Below are positions 9,762 to 17,720 of a stretch of 56,517 nucleotides of DNA, in pieces. Positions within the stretch are counted from its first letter, which is position 1. Each line of letters begins with the position of its first letter. Made by a program: the position numbers and the translations under genes. Source of the DNA: an uncultured bacterium (GTDB lineage: Bacteria; Patescibacteriota; Minisyncoccia; Phycocordibacterales; PALSA-1337); assembly GCA_903842025.1 (NCBI GenBank), contig CAIMKX010000009.1, forward strand, positions 1 to 56,517. The letters are read 5' to 3'. A model generated the notes under the pieces. The model worked only from the letters and a program-made list of their open reading frames with translations, was not told the origin of the DNA and did no database searches.

Positions 9762-10358
9762 TTACAAATGCGATTCTTTCAAAGCCCTATTAATATGCCG
9801 GTTGATTTCCGCTCTCTTTGAATTCAATTCATTGATGAGCTCAAGAGAAAGGTTGTCAGATTTCAATTCAACCTCTGAATTCAAAGCGTCGCTGACATAA
9901 CCAAGACGATATAGGATCCTAAGGACCATAAAGGATTCCAGCGTCTTCAGTTGCTCGTCATCAAATCCAGTCGTGCTCCTTATAAAATTCGCAAATGATT
10001 CAATACACTGGAATAATTCCGAATGAGCTTGCTCGCCTTGCAGGAGGCGGCGCAAGATCAATGAAACAGGCGCAATAATTGCCAGTGATGATTTCTTCTT
10101 TTCCGGAGAAACATCATCATCGACTTTCCATTCCTGTGCACCAACCAGACGCCAATATTCCTTACCTTTGACCAGAGAGAAAATGCCGAATGAATAATTC
10201 TGGGTCTGATACCTTAATTTTGATTTTTCCAGCCGGATACCCTGCGCCACCGCCCTGACCAATCCAAAATCACGGGTGAAAATAGACAAGGTCTTCCCCG
10301 CTTCGCCATAAGCGCGGGAATCAATAATCAGACCGGGGGTTGTTTGGATGTCGTACAT
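9762..10358 (-). CDS. recO: DNA repair protein RecO
   Basis: ORF 9762..10454 trimmed to MYDIQTTPGLIIDSRAYGEAGK.. (OB-fold N-terminus typical of RecO). Upstream codons (CHSRFRGND) come from hairpin repeat B3. Confidence 0.75.
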   Translation of the reverse strand: MYDIQTTPGLIIDSRAYGEAGKTLSIFTRDFGLVRAVAQGIRLEKSKLRYQTQNYSFGIFSLVKGKEYWRLVGAQEWKVDDDVSPEKKKSSLAIIAPVSLILRRLLQGEQAHSELFQCIESFANFIRSTTGFDDEQLKTLESFMVLRILYRLGYVSDALNSEVELKSDNLSLELINELNSKRAEINRHINRALKESHL

Positions 10359-10385
10359 TTGTTTAATCAAGAAAGTCCCTTTATT

Positions 10386-10411
10386 GTCATTCCCGCGAAA
10401 GCGGGAATGAC
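10386..10411. repeat. family B solo hairpin (B3)
   Basis: Reads gtcattcccgcgaaagcgggaatgac. Lies between the ileS stop and the recO start. Confidence 0.8.
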
Positions 10412-10428
10412 AAACCAAATATTTGGTC

Positions 10429-13400
10429 TTAATAGAGTTTAAACTCATCCCCAAACTTGATCTCCACCAACCCCGTCGTTTTCTTGATCAGCTTTTCATT
10501 CTTGGAAATAAGTTCTTTCAGATCTGTTGTAGCCATTAGGTTTGCAGAATCGCCGACAGATAAGCCTTTTTCTTTGCGCATATCCTGAATCTTCCGCAGA
10601 AGTTCCCTGACCTGACCCTCCTCTATGAGTTCCGGCGTCATTGTCGTGTCCAATTCTACTTCAGTCTTGATATCCGAATCAAACGAAACTTCTTTTACAT
10701 TAACTTCATCTTTAATGAGATCAATGAGATGTTGATTCAATGTTAGTACTGCGGTTGTGGTATTCAACGATATCAGCGGTTGCCTAACATTAATTTTCGC
10801 CATCATCCTGGCCTCAAGGCCCTTTGAGGACAGTTCACGCACAACCTTCATTGATTCTATTAATTCTGAATCAACTTTGCCTGAAACTGGCCAATCTTCC
10901 AAATGAACGCTGTCCAATTCGCCGCCGGCTTCGCGATACAATTCTTCGGCAAAGAAAGGGGCGAACGGCGCCATTATTTTGGCGAGTGTTATCAGAACAT
11001 AGCGCGTGGTCGATAACGCTTCATTTTTATCTTTTCCATTCTCTTTGAATCGGTCGCGGGAACGACGAAGATACCATTGCGACAGATCGGCAATAAAATC
11101 GCGGATCGCCCGAGTTGGTTCGAGGAATTTGTATTCATCAAGTTTGGTCGTGACTTCTTTATTGAGTTCATTCAAGAGAGAAATGATCCACTTATCCAGA
11201 ATATTTTTGCTGGCAGGGATTGGGAGTGGCCTGGCCTTATTTTCGCCGGCGTAGAGTTTGTAGAATGAAAGGACATTTGAGACTAGGTTGAAGACTTTCT
11301 TGACTATCTCATCGACGGTCTTCTCGTCAAAATTCTTGGATTCGCCTGGTTGGTTGATCGAATACATCCAGAATCTGGCGGCGTCAGCGCCATATTTTTC
11401 CATTATGTCGAATGGATTGACGATATTCCCTATCGACTTGGACATCTTCTTGCCTTCAGGATCGAGGATGTGGCCAAGACAAATGACATTCTTGTAAGCC
11501 GGACCTTTGCCCATGAGCGTACCGATGGCGTGCAGTGTATAGAACCAACCGCGAGTCTGGTCGATGGCCTCGGAAATAAAATCGGCCGGAAAACCGACTT
11601 TGTCGATATATTCCTTATTCTCAAAAGGATAGTGATCCTGGGCAAATGGCATGGCTCCGGAATCGAACCAGACGTCCATGACTTCCTTGATTCTTTTCAT
11701 TTTTCCGCCGCATTCGCAATCCAAAGTCACCTGATCGATATTCGGACGATGAAGGTCAAGCTCGTATTCAGAGTTGCGCGGAAGGATCTTATATTCAAGA
11801 GGTTTGATTTCCGCCTTTTCTAAATACACTTCACCTTTTGGTTTAGCCACTAAGGATTGATCGATATCGTGTCCTTGAGCGGCTGCGCTCATCATCCAAA
11901 GAGGACCCGCGTGACTGATGATAAGAATATTTTTGCCCTGATATTTCGATTCAGTTTCCTCCAAGAATCTTCCCATACGCCTTTTTTGATCATAACGATT
12001 TTCAACACCCTTCTTGTTACCCGTAAAATAGTCTCTACGGTTTTCATATAATCCGCTTAAATCCGCTTCCGTCGATCCTTCAAAATCCCCCATACCCATT
12101 TCACGGAGACGATCATCATAAATAATCTGGCCTTTGTCATAACCTATAACATCAGAAAAGATTTCTGCCGTTTCTTTCGTCCTAAGGATCGGCGATGAAA
12201 ATACTAGATCAATCTTATGCTTTAATCCCTCGGCACTTTCTTTGACTTTAGTTTTTCCAAGTTCAGTCAAATGAAAAGATTTTGACATATCTGAATTCAA
12301 AATATCGCGAACATTATTCTCCGCCTCGCCATGCCTCATCACCCAATATTTATTCTTCGGCTTTTTGCTTATCTCCTCCACAGAACCGACAACTTTCCTT
12401 TTATTGCATTTCTCGCACAACCAAATAGGCAGAGGTGTGCCCCAATAGCGCTCACGGGAGATGGCCCAGTCCTTGATCTCCGAAAGCCATTCGCCAAAGC
12501 GGCCGTCTTTGATATATTCAGGCTCCCAGTTAATACTTTTATTACCCTTTACCAAATCATTCCTAAGAGCTGACATCTTGATATACCAAGAGTCGCGGGC
12601 GTAATAAATGAGTGGTGTCTTGCAGCGCCAACAATGAGGATAAGTATGCTTGTACCATTCCTGACTAAAGAAAAGATTGCGCTTTTTCAAATCCTCGATG
12701 ATATCGACATCCAAAGTCGGTTTACCCTTGTCATCTTTTTCTTTGACAAAGCGGCTGGACAAATAGCCCATATTTTGTTTAAATGTCCCGTCTTCATTGA
12801 CTAGATGAACCTTAGGAAGTCCAACAGCTGTTCCCAATTCAAAATCTTCTTGGCCGTACATGACAGCCGTGTGAACTATTCCCGTTCCATCCTCGGTCGT
12901 CACGAAATCGGCGGCATAGACTTTGAAGGCATTTTTTAATCGTGGTCTTTCGGTTTCCGAGATGCTTTCTTTTAGATATGGGAATAGTGGCTCGTATTCC
13001 AAATCGACAAGGTTTCTGCCTGTAAACTGATAGCCCATGTTAGGATCTTCAAGATTAAGATGCTTAGCTCGATCAACAGCAGCAATATGATACTCCCCAT
13101 GAATTTGATAAGCTCTATACGACATATCTAAATTAACAGCGAGCGCAACATTCCCTGGTAAAGTCCACGGTGTCGTCGTCCAGGCAAGTAAATAGACATC
13201 GCCTTTAATGCCAATCGTCTCAGGATTTTTAACCTTAAATTTAATCGTCAACGACAAATCCTTAACATCCTGATACCCCTGCGCCAATTCATGCGAAGAA
13301 AGTCCAGTACCACATCTCGGGCACCACGGCACAACTTTATAGTCTTTATAAAGAAGCTTCTTCTCCTCAACGGTCTTCACAATATTCCAAATCGATTCGA

Positions 13401-13887
13401 TGTAATCAGGCTTGTAGGTAATATACGGATCTTTGAGATCAACCCAATAACCCATCCGAGCCGTGAAGTCTTCCCATTCATGGACATATTTCCAGACGCT
13501 TTCCTTGCACCTGTCGTTGAATTTGCCAATGCCGTATTCTTCGATATCTTTTTTGACCTTTAGGCCTAGCTCCTTTTCAACCTGCAATTCAACCGGCAAG
13601 CCATGGGTATCCCAACCGCCTTTGCGACGGACATGGAAACCTTGCATGGTCTTGTAGCGAGGAATGGCATCCTTGAAAGCCCGGGCTTCGAGATGATGGA
13701 TGCCGGGATGGCCGTTGGCGGTCGGAGGTCCTTCGTAGAAGATGAATTCGCCTTTTGGTGATCTCTTCTCCAAACTCTTCTCGAATATCCCCTTCTCTTT
13801 CCAATAAGCCAAAATCCGCTCCTCGCGCTCGGCGTGGAGGCTCTTTGTCGTTACTTTTGGTTTGTCCTGATTTTCAGCTTCGGCCAT
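10429..13887 (-). CDS. ileS: isoleucyl-tRNA synthetase (type 2) with inserted histidine-phosphatase domain
   Basis: Motifs HPGIHH (HIGH), KMSKSIGN, CP1 editing WTTTPWTLPGN, and Zn knuckles CEKC / CECGG. Length 1152 aa is about 200 aa longer than usual because of an RHG-phosphatase insert (see findings). Confidence 0.95.
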   Translation of the reverse strand: MAEAENQDKPKVTTKSLHAEREERILAYWKEKGIFEKSLEKRSPKGEFIFYEGPPTANGHPGIHHLEARAFKDAIPRYKTMQGFHVRRKGGWDTHGLPVELQVEKELGLKVKKDIEEYGIGKFNDRCKESVWKYVHEWEDFTARMGYWVDLKDPYITYKPDYIESIWNIVKTVEEKKLLYKDYKVVPWCPRCGTGLSSHELAQGYQDVKDLSLTIKFKVKNPETIGIKGDVYLLAWTTTPWTLPGNVALAVNLDMSYRAYQIHGEYHIAAVDRAKHLNLEDPNMGYQFTGRNLVDLEYEPLFPYLKESISETERPRLKNAFKVYAADFVTTEDGTGIVHTAVMYGQEDFELGTAVGLPKVHLVNEDGTFKQNMGYLSSRFVKEKDDKGKPTLDVDIIEDLKKRNLFFSQEWYKHTYPHCWRCKTPLIYYARDSWYIKMSALRNDLVKGNKSINWEPEYIKDGRFGEWLSEIKDWAISRERYWGTPLPIWLCEKCNKRKVVGSVEEISKKPKNKYWVMRHGEAENNVRDILNSDMSKSFHLTELGKTKVKESAEGLKHKIDLVFSSPILRTKETAEIFSDVIGYDKGQIIYDDRLREMGMGDFEGSTEADLSGLYENRRDYFTGNKKGVENRYDQKRRMGRFLEETESKYQGKNILIISHAGPLWMMSAAAQGHDIDQSLVAKPKGEVYLEKAEIKPLEYKILPRNSEYELDLHRPNIDQVTLDCECGGKMKRIKEVMDVWFDSGAMPFAQDHYPFENKEYIDKVGFPADFISEAIDQTRGWFYTLHAIGTLMGKGPAYKNVICLGHILDPEGKKMSKSIGNIVNPFDIMEKYGADAARFWMYSINQPGESKNFDEKTVDEIVKKVFNLVSNVLSFYKLYAGENKARPLPIPASKNILDKWIISLLNELNKEVTTKLDEYKFLEPTRAIRDFIADLSQWYLRRSRDRFKENGKDKNEALSTTRYVLITLAKIMAPFAPFFAEELYREAGGELDSVHLEDWPVSGKVDSELIESMKVVRELSSKGLEARMMAKINVRQPLISLNTTTAVLTLNQHLIDLIKDEVNVKEVSFDSDIKTEVELDTTMTPELIEEGQVRELLRKIQDMRKEKGLSVGDSANLMATTDLKELISKNEKLIKKTTGLVEIKFGDEFKLY

Positions 13888-13931
13888 TTGTTTAATATAT
13901 CAGTTTTTATGATCTGTGGCATTGATAATGC

Positions 13932-15638
13932 TTACATCTTTTCCGGCACCCCGATACCCAATAGGTTCAAACCATTTTTAATGGTAATCGAAACCGCTTT
14001 GGTCAATGCCACTTTGTAGAGTGAATCTGGATCCTTCTCATCAACAATCTTTCCTTGACCGTACCAAGAATTGAAAGCGCCGGCTAATTCCGTCAAATAT
14101 GTAACTATAAGATGCGGCGCATATTCCTTCCCCGCCCTTTCGACAACCTCAGGAAAACGTACGATCAATTTCTCAACCAGATTTGGTTTGTGATCTTGAG
14201 GAACTTTGAACTCTATCGGCTTATTGGAATCGATAATCCCAAAAGATGCAGCTTTTTCCAAAATAGATTTGGCGCGAACGTAAGTGTATTGGAGATATGG
14301 ACCGGAATCACCCTCGAAAGAGATCGACTTGTCGAAATCGAAGATAATATCGCCGCCGATCGCTTGGCGCAGAATGGAATACTTGATAGCACCGATCGTG
14401 ACCATGTCGGACATGGTCTCGTCCACATTTCGATCTTTAACCTTCTCGAGAACAAGCGCCTTGACGTCATTGATCAGGCTTACCGCAGTGATCACTTCCC
14501 CCGTCCTTGAGGACATCTTACCGCTCGGCAGTCGAAGCATCCCGTGGCCGATATGAAGAGTTTTCCCCGCCAATTCCGGAAAAATTAGTTTCATGGCTTC
14601 AAGCAAGACATTGAAGTAATCGTTGATCTCATTGCCGGTAAGAACGATCGACTTTTCATAAGGATATTTGTCATGCTTGATCTTCACCAAACCAAGCTCT
14701 TTGGCCTCGTAGGTCGGCAGACCGTTTGAATTGACAAAAACTCTTGTATGGAGTTTTGGATTGACTTTCTGTGCCTCAAAAACGACAGCGCCATCGCTTT
14801 TTTCAAAGACTTTTCCTAAATTATCCTCAACCATTTGTTTGCCATAGCCTGCGACTTCGCTTTCAGAGAAGAAATAGTCGAACTTCATTCCCAAAGCTTC
14901 ATATCGCTTGGCGAAGAATTCCAAGGACTTTTTCTTGCCGATCTCATAGACTTCATTGATGGCCTTGTCGCTTTTCTCATAAAGTTTCTTGTTGACCTCT
15001 TCAACGGACTTTTTGAAATCCGTGTCAGCGTCATAGAGTTTATTACCGGCGACATAATCAACACCCAAAGCTAATCCGTTTAAATCAGACTCCGTGTGTA
15101 TATCCTTCTTTTTATAAAGAAAATGCGCCACAGCCTTTGCGACATGCAATCCCACGTCGCCTTGATAACAAGCTCTTTTGACCTCTGCGCCATTGGCTTC
15201 GACGATCCTGGAAACAGATTCGCCGATCGTGTTGCTCATCAAGTGGCCAACGTGGAATTCCTTGAAAGGATTTGGATCAGTAAATTCGATTATCGTCTTT
15301 TGCTTTTTAAGATTATTGTTTGAGCCAAATTTATCCCCTTCCTTCAGGGCTCTTTTGATATTTTCCGCGAAATATTCCGCCTTCAAGAAGAAATTGATGA
15401 ATCCCGGACCAGCAATCTCCACTTTTTCTACGAATTTCGGCTGGATCTTCTTGAATTCAATGACGATCTTTTCTGCCAGTGCTTTCGGAGAGATTCCAAG
15501 CGGTTTGGCATTGAGCATCGCTGAATTGCTAGAAAAATCCCCATATTCAGGGTTTTCGGGATAGTTAAGTTTCGGCTGTTCTTCAATCCCACATATCTGA
15601 GCGGCCTTCATCAAAGAATCCAACAATTCTTGTTTCAT
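13932..15638 (-). CDS. argS: arginyl-tRNA synthetase
   Basis: 568 aa. FHVGHLMSN (HIGH-like), N-terminal Arg_tRNA_synt_N-like region, C-terminal DALR-type anticodon-binding domain. Confidence 0.95.
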   Translation of the reverse strand: MKQELLDSLMKAAQICGIEEQPKLNYPENPEYGDFSSNSAMLNAKPLGISPKALAEKIVIEFKKIQPKFVEKVEIAGPGFINFFLKAEYFAENIKRALKEGDKFGSNNNLKKQKTIIEFTDPNPFKEFHVGHLMSNTIGESVSRIVEANGAEVKRACYQGDVGLHVAKAVAHFLYKKKDIHTESDLNGLALGVDYVAGNKLYDADTDFKKSVEEVNKKLYEKSDKAINEVYEIGKKKSLEFFAKRYEALGMKFDYFFSESEVAGYGKQMVEDNLGKVFEKSDGAVVFEAQKVNPKLHTRVFVNSNGLPTYEAKELGLVKIKHDKYPYEKSIVLTGNEINDYFNVLLEAMKLIFPELAGKTLHIGHGMLRLPSGKMSSRTGEVITAVSLINDVKALVLEKVKDRNVDETMSDMVTIGAIKYSILRQAIGGDIIFDFDKSISFEGDSGPYLQYTYVRAKSILEKAASFGIIDSNKPIEFKVPQDHKPNLVEKLIVRFPEVVERAGKEYAPHLIVTYLTELAGAFNSWYGQGKIVDEKDPDSLYKVALTKAVSITIKNGLNLLGIGVPEKM

Positions 15639-15927
15639 TGGCCCATTCTAGCAAAAACGCGTATTTTTCTCTCATTGACAAATAATAACTCATAGGATAC
15701 TGTCACTAAAGACGCTTTTTTGTTTTGGGGAAAAGTGCTCCTCGCCCTCCAAGGAGTAGAGCACCTGGTAGCTTCCGTTGCAGGCAGAGCGGAAGCTACC
15801 TACCCACCCTCTCATTACCCATTGACACATACCATGGTGTCTGGGTCGTGGGAGGGTTTTTTCCTTGAGGTCTCCTTAGGCCCGCCGAAACTCATCAGAG
15901 CGAAGGGGGCTCCTCAAGGAAGAGTAC

Positions 15928-15963
15928 AAAAAAAGCCCGACACCATCTGCATGTATGTCGGGC
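15928..15963 (-). terminator. intrinsic terminator downstream of glyA
   Basis: On the minus strand, gcccgaca-N13-tgtcgggc is followed by a 7-nt U-tract, 72 nt after the glyA stop. Confidence 0.7.
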
Positions 15964-16034
15964 AAGGAACTCATACAGTAACCGGACAAACGCCATTACT
16001 CGCATCGTATGCGCCCGTCCATCCATGAAATATC

Positions 16035-17342
16035 CTACTCTCCTCTCAAAATCTTGTCAATGCTTTTGGCGATGTTCTTGAAATCTTTCTCTTTTCTTCC
16101 CCGAGTCGTCTCGGCGGCAGTGCCCAGTCGGATGCCGGAAGGATCCGCCGGCGGTCTCTGGTCAAAAGGTATAGCGTTCTTATTGACAATAATTCCGGAC
16201 TTTTCCAATCTATCACTAGCTTCTTTTCCGGCGACTCCACCGGCGCCTTTTTCATTCTTCTTGCCGTCATTCCAAGTGTCCATAAGGATCAAATGCGTAT
16301 CAGTTCCTCCGGAAATCAAACGCCAGCCGAGATTCTTTAATTCAGCGGCTAATACGGAAGCGTTTTTGACTATTTGTTTGGCATATTTCTTGAATACCGG
16401 ACTGGCCGCTTCCTTCAAAGCCACCGCCACCGCGGCAATCTGATTGATATGCGGACCGCCTTGCAAGCCGGGAAAAACAGCCTTGTCTATTTTCTTGTCC
16501 AATTCTCTAGCGTCCTTCCTGACGAAAATCAAAGCCGCCCGCGGACCACGAAGAGTCTTGTGAGTAGTCGTTGTAACGACATCAGCGTAAGCGAATGGCG
16601 AAGGATAGACTTCTCCGGCCACCAAACCGGCGATATGCGACATGTCGACCATCATTATGGACTGGGCCGAATCGGCAACTTCGCGCATCCGCTTCCAATC
16701 GATCGTCCTCGGATAGGCCGTAAAACCGGAAACGATGATGGCCGGCTTTTCCTTCATGGCGATCTCGCGCAACTTGTCATAATTCAAAGTCTCTGAAACC
16801 GGATCAAGCTCATAAGGAACCTGTGTCCAGAATTTCCCCGTTGCCGAGACTTTGTGGCCGTGAGTGAGGTGACCGCCATGCGCCAGTGACAGGCCCATTA
16901 TTTTGGGTAATTGGGGGTTAGAATTTGGAATTTGGAATTTGGAATTTGGAAGATTTGAAACTGAAAATTTGAGATCGCTGGTTATTGGTGTTTGGTTATT
17001 GATTATTGGTGTAATACTACCGATTAAACCCACGTACACTGCCAAGTTTGCCGGCGAACCCGACAAGGCTTGGACATTAACATGCCATTCTTTGGGATCC
17101 AATTTGAATAGTTTAAGAGCGCGTTCTTGGCAAAGCATCTCTATCTTGTCAGTAATTTCATTGCCACCATAATAGCGCTTGCCAGGATAGCCTTCGGCGT
17201 ACTTGTTGGTCAATTCGGAGCCCAGAGCCTCCAATACATCCTTGGAGACATAGTTCTCCGAAGCGATCAAGTTTATGACCTTCTTCTGCCTTTTCTTCTC
17301 GGTTTCTATTAGTTTTTTGATTTGTGGGTCTTTCATGGCCAT
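16035..17342 (-). CDS. glyA: serine hydroxymethyltransferase with in-frame repeat-derived insertion
   Basis: Motifs [29 protein letters not shown] and [12 protein letters not shown] (PLP lysine). Carries ~34 extra residues between GLI and [10 protein letters not shown]. Confidence 0.95.
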   Translation of the reverse strand: [435 protein letters not shown]

Positions 17343-17364
17343 ATGGTATCACTATTGGAAAAAT

Positions 17365-17397
17365 AAAAAAGGGCCCGTCCACAATCGTGGCGGGTCC
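17365..17397 (-). terminator. intrinsic terminator-like hairpin 22 nt upstream of the glyA start
   Basis: Minus strand reads GGACCCGCCAC-GAUU-GUGGACGGGCCC followed by U6. Confidence 0.6.
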
Positions 17398-17490
17398 TGA
17401 GCATCATATACCTGATCTGATCTAACGAACTATTTACTAGACTAACTCCATATGGATAATATTGCAATACAAGTCGAAGTTGAACAGATT

Positions 17491-17525
17491 AAAAAAAGGG
17501 CCCGGCACTGTCCCGTGTCGGGTCC
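17491..17525 (-). terminator. second, related intrinsic terminator-like hairpin
   Basis: Minus strand reads GGACCCGACACGGGACAGUGCCGGGCCC followed by U7. The sequence is related to the hairpin at 17365-17397. Confidence 0.6.
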
Positions 17526-17720
17526 TTGGTTCTGCGGTCTGTACTATCCTGCACTTTTCGTCAACAACTCCTACCAAGCAAAAGCTTAACTCTCAATACG
17601 GATTAACGCAAGGGATTTATCCACCATGTCAGACATGGTAATAGATTTGCCAAAATAAACATCGGCATGTAGGCTGTGGCAAGAATAGTCATTGCACTTC
17701 AAATAATGTAAGATATCGAT

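Noticed and set aside
15800-15830. T-box riboswitch call for the argS leader (AGGGUGGGUAGG)
   Set aside because: Only the GGGUGG part matches. The UACCGCG continuation, the A1-closing CCCUC and a clear specifier loop or K-turn at a stem I base are missing. It is reported only as a structured leader candidate.
15875-15915. CUGAUGAG and GAAAC strings that recall a hammerhead ribozyme core
   Set aside because: The two motifs are reverse complements of the same segment on opposite strands, not an ordered CUGANGA...GAAA core on one strand. No three-stem junction can be drawn.
16921-16948. (GAATTTG)x4 heptamer tract in glyA as a phase-variation switch
   Set aside because: Copy-number change would frameshift an apparently single-copy core gene. 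There is no evidence of heterogeneity in the sequence itself, so it is treated as part of the repeat-derived insertion.
17498-17570. Similarity of CCAAGG...GUGCCGGG to the 3' half of 4.5S/SRP RNA
   Set aside because: There is no GGAA tetraloop with flanking GGUCC / GGAAGCAGC domain IV motif. The hairpin is better explained as an intrinsic terminator.
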